A stretch of 63,871 bases of DNA, the filler included, from Octopus bimaculoides (lineage: Eukaryota), in NCBI RefSeq assembly GCF_001194135.2. It is 7 parts of 7 records of this genome, joined end to end, with 100 filler letters (N's around TTAATTAATTAA, not from the genome) between each part and the next. Parts side by side here need not be neighbours in the genome. Positions count along the whole stretch, not along the records: positions 21,933 to 42,602 come from NC_069008.1; 6 more parts are not named here. One strand, written 5' to 3'. Below, in pieces: positions 22,740 to 35,184 of this stretch. Positions within the stretch are counted from its first letter, which is position 1. Each line of letters begins with the position of its first letter. The notes beneath the pieces were generated by a model. That model was given only the letters and a program-made list of their open reading frames with translations. It had not been told where the DNA came from and ran no database searches. The position numbers and the translations under genes were made by a program.

Positions 22740-23665
22740 CTATGACAAGAGGGCTCTTGTGTTGTCTTGTGGTGGTAGTGGTGATTGTGACAGCAGTGGT
22801 CTTGGTGGTAGTTCTCAGTGTGGTAGCAGTGCTTGCAGTGGTACCACAAGAGAGTTCAGGTGAGTGCTGGGGTTGGGGGCTGCGGTGGTAGTTTTTGTAG
22901 CTGCCATGTTTAGACTGTGGCAGTGGTGATGGTAGTACCAGAAAGGTGGTACCCCATTGGTATAAGCTGTAATGGCAGTGATGGTGGCAGTAGTTGTAGT
23001 AGAGGTGATAGTGGCAGTTATAGCAGAAATGTTGTGAAGGTGTAATTGTGGTTGTTGATAGTGATGGTGGTAGTGGTGGTGGTGGTGGTGGTGGTGGCTT
23101 TGGTTTCAGTCGACGTTTATGGTGGTAGAGGTGGTGGTAATATTGCTTGTGGCGGTTGTAGTTGAGGTGGTGGTGGTGGTTTCGGTTGCAGTTGATGTAT
23201 TATGATGGTGGTGGTGGTAGTGGTGTTGGTGGTAATAAAGATGACATGCTGATATTTGAGATGTGGTGGTGGTGGTGGTAGCAGTGGTAGTTTTTGTTGC
23301 TCTCGTTTTCATAGTGGTGGTGCCGTTGGCAGTGTAATCGTAGTAGTACAAGTGATTGTAGTCTTGGTGGTAGTAGTGATTGTATTATTTGACAAATAAA
23401 GCAATCATCATCATCATCAGTAGATGTAGTTGTGGTAGTAGCAGGTGATGGAAGTAGTATTCCTCAGACAACAGTAGGAGAGACAACATTGGAGACAGTG
23501 GTGGTGGTGGTGGTCATAATTATAGTGGTGGTGGTGATCATCGTCATAGTGGTGGTAGTGGTGGTGGTGGTGTATAGTAGTAATTGTAGTAGTTGTAGTA
23601 GTTGCGGTGGTGATGGTAGTGGATGTGGTAGCAGTCACATGTATGATAGTAGTAGTAGCAGCAGC

Positions 23666-23697
<32 letters not shown>

Positions 23698-23813
23698 AAG
23701 TGGTTGTGGTGATGGCTGTTGTCCTTGGAGTTCTTTTGTTGTTGCTGCTGACGTAGTTGAAGTTGTTGATGGGTAGTGGTGGTGGTGGTTGTGGTGGTGG
23801 GGGTTGGGGTGGT
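22740..23813. repeat. ~1 kb degenerate (GGT/AGT/GTG)n trinucleotide low-complexity tract
   Basis: Direct inspection; it produces the spurious poly-T/H/V/S ORFs. Confidence 0.9.
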
Positions 23814-24504
23814 NNNNNNNNNNNNNNNNNNNNNNNNNNNNNNNNNNNNNNNNNNNNNNNNNNNNNNNNNNNNNNNNNNNNNNNNNNNNNNNNNNNNNNN
23901 NNNNNNNNNNNNNNNNNNNNNNNNNNNNNNNNNNNNNNNNNNNNNNNNNNNNNNNNNNNNNNNNNNNNNNNNNNNNNNNNNNNNNNNNNNNNNNNNNNNN
24001 NNNNNNNNNNNNNNNNNNNNNNNNNNNNNNNNNNNNNNNNNNNNNNNNNNNNNNNNNNNNNNNNNNNNNNNNNNNNNNNNNNNNNNNNNNNNNNNNNNNN
24101 NNNNNNNNNNNNNNNNNNNNNNNNNNNNNNNNNNNNNNNNNNNNNNNNNNNNNNNNNNNNNNNNNNNNNNNNNNNNNNNNNNNNNNNNNNNNNNNNNNNN
24201 NNNNNNNNNNNNNNNNNNNNNNNNNNNNNNNNNNNNNNNNNNNNNNNNNNNNNNNNNNNNNNNNNNNNNNNNNNNNNNNNNNNNNNNNNNNNNNNNNNNN
24301 NNNNNNCATTTTGTGGGGGTGGGGGTGGCGGCGGTGAGATGAAAGTTAATTAGTGACCACCCATGAGGTATATACTAAGTCTATTGTTCCTTAGAAGAGG
24401 AAAGAGAACAGAAAAAAAGAAGAAGAGGAAGAGAGAGAGAGAGATTGAAGTTAACTTCAGGCACTGGTTAATGGTTAATGGTTAAAGTCTTATTGTTATT
24501 GTTG

Positions 24505-24798
24505 GTACATGTGTTCTTCTGCTCAGTAAGTAGCTTGCTTCCCAACCACATGGTTCCGGGTTCAGTCCCACTGCATTGCACTTTGGCCAAGTGTCTTCTA
24601 CTATAGCCACAAGCCGACTAATACCTTGTGAGTGGATTTGGTAGACGGAAACTGAAAGAAGCCCGTCGTATATATGTGTGTGTATGAGTGTTTCTTCCCC
24701 ACCCCTACCCACCACTTCTTGACAACTGGTGTTGGTGTATTTACATCGCCATAACTTAGCAGTCCAGCAGAAGAGACTGATAGAATAAGTACCAGTTG
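24505..24798 (+). mobile_element. tRNA-derived SINE family B
   Basis: GGTAAGTAGCTTGCTT-like head, GGTTCAGTCCC B-box-like motif, GCAAGTGTCTTCTACTATAGCC core and an internal (TG)n tract. Confidence 0.85.
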
Positions 24799-24799
24799 T

Positions 24800-24997
24800 G
24801 AGACATAGGATCTTCCAGCAGCCACCCTCTTCATCCAGTGTATTTACTACCTTCTTCAGGCACTTGCTGTAGGCTTCCGTGTTGAGTCTAGGGCTGTGCA
24901 GGAAGATGAATGGAGGAGAAATGTCACCATCACTAGCGATCACTCCAAACACCATGAAGTTCACTGGATGTTTGATTTTTATCACTCTCAGTACATG
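24800..24997 (-). mobile_element. Tc1/mariner-superfamily (maT/DD37D-like) transposase fragment
   Basis: KIKHPVNFMVFGVIASDGDISPPFIF...RLNTEAYSKCL; same family as 46180-46580. Confidence 0.7.
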
Positions 24998-25104
24998 TTC
25001 GTATTGGAGTTTCTGGTACTTCGTATTGGAGTTTCTGGTACTTCGTATTGGAGTTTCTGGTACTTCGTATTGGAGCTTTCATCGTTTCATATTGGAGCTT
25101 CTGG
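24998..25104. repeat. 22-bp minisatellite (TACTTCGTATTGGAGTTTCTGG), ~4.5 copies
   Basis: Two exact units plus partial and degenerate units, with no spacers between them. Confidence 0.9.
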
Positions 25105-25335
25105 CATGCATGCTAAGCAGTACAGCATATTGTTTACAAATTTTCTGGCAGAGTAAATTACGTCTTGGCGCTATTTTTCTCACAGACGGTGCCCAGCTGA
25201 CCCTACTATACTGTGTTGTTGACAAAATCAAAAACAAACCAATGCACATGTGCGAAATTAAAAATATAATATGGTGGTAATTCACCCATCGCACCCTGTA
25301 TACACACACACACATATCTACATATATATATATAT

Positions 25336-25449
25336 ATTTTTAAAAAATAACGTTGACCACTAACGTGGACAATTAATGTGCTAGAAATAGATCACATCTT
25401 CTAACACAATAATTGTCCACGTTAGTGGTCAACGTTATTTTTTAAAAAT
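25336..25449. repeat. Near-perfect palindrome / MITE-like hairpin
   Basis: 40-bp perfect inverted arms, extending to ~51 bp with 2 mismatches; 12-nt loop. Confidence 0.9.
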
Positions 25450-26179
25450 GTNNNNNNNNNNNNNNNNNNNNNNNNNNNNNNNNNNNNNNNNNNNNNNNNN
25501 NNNNNNNNNNNNNNNNNNNNNNNNNNNNNNNNNNNNNNNNNNNNNNNNNNNNNNNNNNNNNNNNNNNNNNNNNNNNNNNNNNNNNNNNNNNNNNNNNNNN
25601 NNNNNNNNNNNNNNNNNNNNNNNNNNNNNNNNNNNNNNNNNNNNNNNNNNNNNNNNNNNNNNNNNNNNNNNNNNNNNNNNNNNNNNNNNNNNNNNNNNNN
25701 NNNNNNNNNNNNNNNNNNNNNNNNNNNNNNNNNNNNNNNNNNNNNNNNNNNNNNNNNNNNNNNNNNNNNNNNNNNNNNNNNNNNNNNNNNNNNNNNNNNN
25801 NNNNNNNNNNNNNNNNNNNNNNNNNNNNNNNNNNNNNNNNNNNNNNNNNNNNNNNNNNNNNNNNNNNNNNNNNNNNNNNNNNNNNNNNNNNNNNNNNNNN
25901 NNNNNNNNNNNNNNNNNNNNNNNNNNNNNNNNNNNNNNNNNNNNNNNNNNNNNNNNNNNNNNNNNNNNNNNNNNNNNNNNNNNNNNNNNNNNNNNNNNNN
26001 NNNNNNNNNNNNNNNNNNNNNNNNNNNNNNNNNNNNNNNNNNNNNNNNNNNNNNNNNNNNNNNNNNNNNNNNNNNNNNNNNNNNNNNNNNNNNNNNNNNN
26101 NNNNNNNNNNNNNNNNNNNNNNNNNNNNNNNNNNNNNNNNNNNNNNNNNNGAATCTATTTACATCAGCCCCAGTGTTGA

Positions 26180-26990
26180 ACGGGTACTTGGGCAAGTGTC
26201 TTCTACTATAGCCTTGGGCCGACCAAAGCCTTGTGAGTGGATTTGGTAGACGGAAACTGAAAGAAGCCCGTCGTATGTATATATGTGTATATATACATGT
26301 ATGTGTGTATGTTTGTGTGTCTGTGTTTGTTCCCGCAACATCGCTTGACAACCGATGCTGGTGTGTTCACGTCCCCGTAACTTAGCGGTTCGGCAGAAAG
26401 AGACCGATAGAATAAGTACTTGGCTTCCAAAGAATAAGTCCTGGGGTCGATTTGCTCGACTAAAGGCAGTGCTCCAGCATGGCCGCAGTCACATGACTGA
26501 AACAAGTAAAAGAGTATATATATATCCTTTATCTTTTGCGTGTTTCAGTCCTTCGAGTGTGGCCGTGCTGGGGCACTATCTTATAGAACTTTTAGTCGAA
26601 TGAATTGACCCCAATACTTTCTTGTAAACCTGGTACTTGTTGTAGTGGTCTTTGCTGAACTGCTAGGTTTATGGGGATGTAAACGAACCAACATCAGTTG
26701 TCAAGCGGTGGTGATACACACATATGTATGTGTGTGTGTGTGTGTGTCTGTGTGTGTGTGTGTCTGTGTGTGTGTGTGTGTGTCTGTCTGTGTCTGTGTG
26801 TGTGTGTGTCTCTGTGTGTGTGTGTACACACATGATGGGCTTCTTTCAGTTTCCATCAATCAAATTCACTTAGAAAGCTTTGGTTGACCCAAGACTAGAG
26901 TAGAGATCACTTGCCCAAGGTGTCTTATAAACACACACACACACATATAGATATATATATATACACACATACAAACACGCATACACATAC
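26180..26990. mobile_element. Tail-to-tail inverted pair of family-B SINEs (+ about 26180-26515, - about 26520-26925)
   Basis: The same consensus is read forward and then in reverse complement, and the copies abut. Confidence 0.8.
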
Positions 26991-27421
26991 ACACACACAC
27001 ATATACACACATACTTATATAAAGGTGCTTGTGTATGTATGTGTATGTGGAAATTTCATCAGCAGCAGCATTTTACATCCACCTTCCCTCTTCCATGCTG
27101 GCATGGGTTGGACATAAACGAGATCAATGGATTGATAGGCAGGTGGCCTCATAGAATAAAGAGATAGTGTCCTTTGCTGTCATTTGTGTGTTGCTGATAC
27201 AGCCATGGTTGTTGTTGTTGTATGTGGTAATTAGTAAGTGATGTCATTTCAATGACATTTTCAGCTACACCTTACTTTTTCTGCGGCTATATCATGTATG
27301 CCTACGTTACTTGTGAATGCATATGTATATGTGTGAGTGTATATGTGTATATGAGTGAGTGTGTAGATATATCTGTTTGCAACTATGAGTACCTATATTA
27401 CATAATGACATTTGTAATATA

Positions 27422-27458
<37 letters not shown>

Positions 27459-27494
27459 TTATATACATATACATATATACATATATATTTACAC

Positions 27495-27566
<72 letters not shown>

Positions 27567-28202
27567 GTGTATGTTTATATGTTTATGTATTGTATATATG
27601 AAATATATATATTATGTATGGATATATATATATTTGTGTGTGTGTGTGTGTATGTACATGTATGTTTATATGTATATGTATATCAAATACATATATTATG
27701 TATGCATATATACAATATATATACATAAATGTCAACATACGATTTATGATGATGATGATGATAATAATGTGTGTTTCTGTTTGGGTGGGCGTGTCTAAGT
27801 GTTCTGGTATGTCATGTATGCAGCCACTGCTTGTTTTCGCTCCCCTCACCCAAGAGAGCAGTGGGGGGGGGGGGCAGGTTAGTGTGTCTGTGTGGTAAGA
27901 AGTTTGCTTGACAACCATCTGGTCATGGGATCAACCCTTCGCATGGCACTGTGGGTAAATGTCTTCTACTAAAAGTCTCTGGTGAACTGAAACCTTGTGG
28001 ATTTGGTAAATGGAAACTGAAAGAAGCCTCTCGTACATACAAGCGTTCAGGATACATTTGACAATTTTCTTATGTCTCCTTTTTTCAGGAACAGCTTGTA
28101 TGCATATACATATATATATTTATGTATATACATACATATGTATATACACCATCCAAGAAGCAAGCAATTATTATTATTTCTCTTTCTCTTATCTTTACCC
28201 AG

Positions 28203-28399
28203 GAACTTTGAATCTCTTCGATATGGCATGAAGAGCAAGACGGCGCAGAGCAGGGCAGAGAGTGAATACTACTACAGGTGGATGCTGCGCGAGGATACAG
28301 ATGCCTGCATGCTGCGGTTGTTCGAGTGTTTTATGGAGAGTGCACCACAGCTGACACTGCAATTGTACATCCTGGTGGTGGACCCTGCTGATGCATCAA
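28203..28399 (+). CDS. XK-related protein copy A, exon 2 (phase 2-1)
   Basis: CCCAG acceptor, A|GTAATG donor at 28400; D..MLRLFECFMESAPQLTLQLYI is the XK-family signature; same length (197 nt) as 42054-42250. Confidence 0.9.
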
Positions 28400-28829
28400 G
28401 TAATGAAAGTTGTCTTTGTTTTGTTTTTTTTTGGCATTGTTATGAAGGGGTGGGCACACCTGTGGTGGTTATGGATCTTGCTTTGCAACCATAGACTTCT
28501 GGGTTCCATCTAACTGCACGCCACCCCACAATGTTGTCAGGCGCTCACAGCCCTCTACCTGTCAGACTATGGGATCAGTGGATGTTTCACTTTTGGAAAT
28601 TTATAGAGGATTAATGGTGGAGAAGTGTGACGATGTTCTTGGGAAAACTCCAGGCATCAGCGGAAATGACCTGGCCAGTCTGCTCCGGAGGGCTTTCTAG
28701 TTGGGCAGGACCCTAGATAACTTCCGAATGTCCTTGGCCTGACAGTGCTGCTGGTTGGGGTGGGTGCACTCCCAGTTCGAGATAAACTCTACATACGTGG
28801 ATGTTTAAGGATGTTGAACAAAACACCCA

Positions 28830-29044
28830 TGTTTCCAAAAGTGAATTATTCCAACCCCAAAGAATTCCTCTCAACACATGGCTATGATGCTCCCCCACTA
28901 CTTCTGCTCGTGATCAGAGATGCACATATCGTCAGCCACCAAGGGACATGCTCAACAGGTTAAGGTCAAACAACTGACAAGCAAATCTGTGGTATTGAGC
29001 AGAATATTTGCCATGGCCCATCTTTTATACCAACGCAAAACAAT

Positions 29045-29045
<1 letters not shown>
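28830..29045 (-). mobile_element. Probable SINE-type interspersed repeat in XK-A intron 2
   Basis: Non-coding segment followed by an (ATT)n tract; recognised only by resemblance to octopus repeats. Confidence 0.35.
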
Positions 29046-29096
<51 letters not shown>

Positions 29097-29493
29097 CATT
29101 ATTATTATAACTTACGATGAAAGTAAACAAACAAAGTTTGTTTTAGAAGCATTGAAAACAAACTTTGTTTACTTTCATCGTAAGTTGAATTTAACGTTAG
29201 CGTCTTATGAAGCTAAATTTATAAGTTCTAAAATTGCAGAAGAATTCGTTACTGGGCAGTTTAGCTTAATGGTAAAGCACTTGACGTGTAATCACAGGGA
29301 TGTGAGTTCGAGTTTCATGGCTGGCCAGTAGCGTATTTTTCTGCAATGTATGGATAATTTATCCTGATCACGCTATTTATTAGCATTATCACGCGTTTGA
29401 GAATAAAAAAAATAAATAAATAAATAAATTATTTCTCTATCTTATTATTATAATGTTTATTATTATTTTTCTTTTTTTTCTTTCTTTCTACAG

Positions 29494-30413
29494 ATCCACT
29501 GAGGATCATTACCCTCCTCTCTTCTTGGATTGGAATCTGTTGGTCGCTGGCCTCATACTACAGATCGTTACGATTCTCACAAGATAACAAAGAGAACTTG
29601 ACCGTCTGTGGCACAGTGGCTTACTTTCTATGGCGGCTGCTCGAGGTTGGACCCCGCATCGTCATCATCTCCATGTTCATGACACAATACTACTTCTGGG
29701 TCGCTGTGCCTCTCTCGTTGCATTGGCTTTTTGTCTTTATCTGGCTTCAAATACAGCAATTGAAATTCTGTCAGAATGCCATGTGGCAGCCATTTTTCAA
29801 CATGATGTGTGCTTTTGTCTCAATCTTCTGCTTCCTCAATGTAAAAGATGGGACGTCTCGCTATCGTTGCATTCTCTTCTATGCCATTTTCTACACAGAG
29901 AATATTGTGCTGTTTGCACTCTGGTTCCGCTTCACCGACCACATGGGCACCTGGTATCACCTGACTGCATTCTTCTTTGTGCTGTGTGGTGCTGTGCTTC
30001 AGGCAATCCTTTTTTGCTGCTACTACTGCTGCTGTCACCCGGAAAGTAAGTCCCTCATTATCTGTAAGGAGTACAACAGCCATGAAATGTTTACCTCACT
30101 CTGCTTCCCAATTCCAGCAACACAGACCAACGAACATGAAAAGAAGGTACCACCAAACATGATAGCCTACAACGAGAAGCAAGAAAGAAACCAAAAACTT
30201 GACCAAGGGCCTGGATATGCCCCTCACAAGCGGAGCAACATCTCAATGGTAACTGTAACACCACCCATATCAGAACAGTCTTTAGCAATGGCTTGCAGTG
30301 GGCACAGCCTGGATGGTGACGTATCCAGTTACCCCTCGTTCTCAACTAGCGACACAAAACCTTGCTTAGATTCAGTATCAAACACTTCAAGGAAGACAGA
30401 GACAAACGTTTGA
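29494..30413 (+). CDS. XK-related protein copy A, terminal exon 3
   Basis: TTTCTACAG acceptor, phase 1, in frame with ORF 29598-30413. SW..I.WSLASY, LW..EVGPRI, FYTENIVL and YY...HP motifs, several TM segments, stop TGA at 30411-30413. Confidence 0.93.
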
Positions 30414-30838
30414 GCTGAGTTTAAGTTGAGCAGAATTAAACTAAGTTGAGCTTAATCTGATTTCAGTTGAGTTGGGTAGATCTGAAATGAATTGGGCTGA
30501 TTTGAGTTAATTTCAGTTGAGCTGACATCAGTTGTGGTGAACTCAGCTGATCTGAACTGAATTTCATTACTTAGCTGATCTGAGCGGAGATGAATTGAGC
30601 ATGGTTCAGTTGATCTTATGTTTAGCTTAATTCTTTTTAACTCAGTTCAGCTTGGCTATGCCTCATTCAGCTCAACTCTACTTCACTGAGCTGAGCTTAG
30701 CTCTACTTAGTTCAATTCAGTTTAGTTCTACTTAACTCAGCTCAACCTAACTCCACTTAGCTCAGTTAACTTGAGCTCTCTTCAGCTCAGTTCAGTTCAA
30801 TTTATCTCAGCCAAACTCAACTAAATTCATCTTAAGTA
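30411..30838. repeat. Degenerate pentamer satellite (TGAGC/TTGAG, then GCTCA/CTCAA) with a mid-array polarity switch
   Basis: 15 AGCT motifs counted in ~430 nt; the 5' and 3' halves use complementary pentamers. Confidence 0.85.
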
Positions 30839-31330
30839 GAAGCCATAGGAAGCAGTTTCCTTTCTACAAAAAGATTCTTGTGTCTGAGTTTGTGTATGTA
30901 AATAGTTGTATCAATGTATTTACGCCTACCAAACCAACACACACACACACACACATACACACACACACTTACTCAACATTCGGAGTAGAAGAAGTAAATG
31001 TATCTATTTAATATTTCATTAAAATGATCCTCCTCCCCCACCTTCAAACCACTGCCACCTTTACAAAACTACATTCATTTCCTTCACTTTTCAGAGTGAG
31101 AGAAACAAAGCAAATTCGTTAAGAGGAATTGTTAGAAATTTATTAACAGGTACAAGAATAAACAAAAAAACTTGCCAGATAAGAATTTTTTTTTTTTGCC
31201 CTAGATTTTGGAATATTAACGACCTGTAAGGATACCATATTTTATTATGTAACCATAATATGCTACAGAGTGTATTAAACATTTTTATAAGCCAACACTG
31301 TGTATTACTGTGTTAGCAGTGCTATTACAT

Positions 31331-31574
31331 CATGTCATAAGGTTATCTCTACAAACTTTCTATAGAAATTGAATCCAGTACTGAATTTTGTTACGACATT
31401 TCCTATACAAGACATCAGATGCAAACAAACAATGAGATTGAAGATGAAAGAAGATGAAAAATGAAAGATCTCACTGTTTGCTTATATCTGATGTCTCAGA
31501 TACGAAATGTCATAACAAAATCAGTACTGGCTACAATTTCTATTGAAAACCTCTAGGGATGACCTTATCACATG
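31331..31574. repeat. Fold-back MITE-like element with ~105-bp imperfect arms
   Basis: CATGTCATAAGG...CCAGTACTGA..TTTTGTTA.GACATTTC...GACATCAGAT is mirrored in reverse complement around a GA-rich loop. Confidence 0.85.
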
Positions 31575-32036
31575 ATTTTGGAATATGTGAGTTGATTCAA
31601 TGATTTGTATTCGACCATATGCATTAATCCTGAAGACAAATGTTATTTCTCGGAGAAGCATTATTTTGTATTACGTTTTATGTAGTCCTACAGTAACACG
31701 TGTCTGCTTCAGGTGTAAACTTCAGAGAAATATATTCGGCCATAAAGATATATTATTTTAAACACTACACACACACACACACACACACATATATACAGAT
31801 ATATATATATAGTTTTAGGGAAAAGAACCAAGGTTCATGAACTCATCGATGAAAATCCACTAAAACTATATATATATATATATTTTATACTGTGAAACTT
31901 AATTTAATTTTAATATTTAATAAATTGAATTTAATTGAGTTTTAACCTGTAAATTTGGATTTTTATCCTTAATATTATTATTATATACATACATATATAT
32001 ACAAATATATATGCATGCATACATACATACACACAG

Positions 32037-32083
<47 letters not shown>

Positions 32084-32326
32084 CAGATCAAAAGAGTTTG
32101 ATTCAGATTCCTTGATACTTTAAATTTCAAAGTGCTATGTTTATCCTCAGCCCTTGAGATCTTCAAATGGTTGAGGATTACCATCAAGCTTTGAAAATCA
32201 GAGTACCAAAGAATTTTAATCAAGCTATTTTGCTTCATAAATAGAACTCTCAATAAAACAAATTGAGTGTCCCCCTCTTTCATTTGTCCACTCACTCATA
32301 TATGTATGTGTATATGTGTGTGTGTG

Positions 32327-32368
<42 letters not shown>

Positions 32369-33664
32369 AGAATAAGGGCAGGGAATCGTCAATTAATAAT
32401 TTTCCCAAGTAGTTCAGTATGAAAAAACCTTTATCGGTAAAACCATTTATCATCATAAATATACAGGGATTAGCATTGAGTTGCTTCTCCAACATACTGA
32501 AAATTTAGAAATAGCAGNNNNNNNNNNNNNNNNNNNNNNNNNNNNNNNNNNNNNNNNNNNNNNNNNNNNNNNNNNNNNNNNNNNNNNNNNNNNNNNNNNN
32601 NNNNNNNNNNNNNNNNNNNNNNNNNNNNNNNNNNNNNNNNNNNNNNNNNNNNNNNNNNNNNNNNNNNNNNNNNNNNNNNNNNNNNNNNNNNNNNNNNNNN
32701 NNNNNNNNNNNNNNNNNNNNNNNNNNNNNNNNNNNNNNNNNNNNNNNNNNNNNNNNNNNNNNNNNNNNNNNNNNNNNNNNNNNNNNNNNNNNNNNNNNNN
32801 NNNNNNNNNNNNNNNNNNNNNNNNNNNNNNNNNNNNNNNNNNNNNNNNNNNNNNNNNNNNNNNNNNNNNNNNNNNNNNNNNNNNNNNNNNNNNNNNNNNN
32901 NNNNNNNNNNNNNNNNNNNNNNNNNNNNNNNNNNNNNNNNTATATATATATATATATAGCAATGTATTTATGTATGCATTTATATATCTAAATATTTATA
33001 TATGTATTCATATATCTATATGTATGTATTTATATCACTATATATTTATATATGTATTCATATATCTATATGTATGTATTTATATCACTATATATTTATA
33101 TATGTATTTCTACATGAATTTAATACAGAATTGCAAAAGAGTTACTAATAATTTTATAGCTTTATCATACTTGAAATTGGCAGATTTATAAAACACAGCT
33201 TGTATTCCCAAGTAATCTTTCAGGCTCTGTGTATGTGTTAGATTTGTTTTGAAAACCAGGATGCTGGACTGTAAGAAAATAACGAAAAAAAAAGAGAAGG
33301 AAAAAAAATTTATCTATATATTTATATACATATCTATCTATCTATCTATCTGTCTCTCTCTTTCTCTTTCACTTATGTTGCAATTCTAATAACCAGGAGC
33401 AGAACTTGAATATATGCTTGCTTCTGAATGAAGTGTTAGTCAGGTACAGAGGGGTTATAAGAAAAGAGATGACTAAGAAATAACCGATTATCGTATGAAG
33501 TTTATTAAAATAATCCGGTATTCCTTTGACTTCTCTTGTTTGTATATTTACACACACACACACACACACACATACACACTATATATCATGTTGCTATATA
33601 GTAGCTTCTACCATAGCACCAATCCAATGACAGCATTTTTATACCTCATGTATTTTGGCCCCTG

Positions 33665-33707
<43 letters not shown>

Positions 33708-33963
33708 TATGTTTTTATCTGTGTGTGTATCCTATCTTCTTTCTATCTTGTTTCAGTCATTTGACTGCGACCATGCTGGAGTAGCAACGTGAAGTGATTG
33801 AGTTGAACAAATCAATCCTTGGGCTTACTTTTTGAAGCCTGTTACTTAGCCTATCAGTCCCTTTTACAGGGATGCAAACACACTAACAACGGTTGTCAAG
33901 AGGTGATGGGAAACAAACACACACGCACAGATACACACACACACACTCACAAATATATATATG

Positions 33964-34007
<44 letters not shown>

Positions 34008-35184
34008 ATTATGTGTATTTCTTCTATCTTAATGAATAAAAATTCTTCTGATAGAATAAATGGTTTAATAGAAACCAANNNNNNNNNNNNNNNNNNNNNN
34101 NNNNNNNNNNNNNNNNNNNNNNNNNNNNNNNNNNNNNNNNNNNNNNNNNNNNNNNNNNNNNNNNNNNNNNNNNNNNNNNNNNNNNNNNNNNNNNNNNNNN
34201 NNNNNNNNNNNNNNNNNNNNNNNNNNNNNNNNNNNNNNNNNNNNNNNNNNNNNNNNNNNNNNNNNNNNNNNNNNNNNNNNNNNNNNNNNNNNNNNNNNNN
34301 NNNNNNNNNNNNNNNNNNNNNNNNNNNNNNNNNNNNNNNNNNNNNNNNNNNNNNNNNNNNNNNNNNNNNNNNNNNNNNNNNNNNNNNNNNNNNNNNNNNN
34401 NNNNNNNNNNNNNNNNNNNNNNNNNNNNNNNNNNNNNNNNNNNNNNNNNNNNNNNNNNNNNNNNNNNNNNNNNNNNNNNNNNNNNNNNNNNNNNNNNNNA
34501 TATATATATATATATATACACATGTATGTTCATACAACATAACTCTGTGATGTCTATACATGACAAATAAGCAATTACAGTTCAATATAACATACTACAC
34601 ACAAACACACACACACACACATATACCATAAATCTACACCTGTAGATATGCCGTTATTATGCAATCAGTTGCATCTCTTGTCATGTAGTCTTCATTATTC
34701 AGTTTGGTTGAAAAGAACAAAGGGCAGATTTCTTTTTTCTTTATTTTATTTTTACAATAACGTCTGTCAATGGTCTTGTTTGACATAATAAATACAATTT
34801 ATTTTTAGAGAAAATATTTTAAACAATGTCTCTTCCTATCTATGCATTTATCTGGCCAGAACAAAATACAATTTTTTTTCTACACAAAATTATTTCTCTG
34901 GTGTCCCCTTCATACTATGTTTTTTTTTTTGATTTTTTTTGTGTGTATTACTTGTACTGAGTCTGGAAGGGTGGAGCAGAACTCATGACTTTTGCAAGAC
35001 CCCTGAGACCAGTGAGATCAATGTTTTGTTTACATACCTGTGGGTCAAATCCAGCAGAAAAGACATGAGCAGGGAAAAGATTCTAGAAGAGTCGATGGAC
35101 TACAGAAAATGGGATGAGCTTGTCATTGTGTTGTTTCAAAAGTTTTGCAATATTTTGGTGGCTAATTGACTTACCACAAAAGCA

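Noticed and set aside
22344-23776. His/Thr-, Val/Cys- and Tyr/Ile-rich ORFs here and throughout the window
   Set aside because: Translations of (CA)n, (TA)n and (GGT)n microsatellites.
24998-25104. CRISPR-like appearance of the 22-bp array (and of the 42-bp array at 56730-56856)
   Set aside because: Units are contiguous with no unique spacers, there are no cas genes, and the context is eukaryotic.
30411-30838. A real immunoglobulin-type class-switch function for the pentamer array
   Set aside because: No Ig locus or other supporting machinery is visible and the host appears to be an invertebrate; only compositional resemblance.
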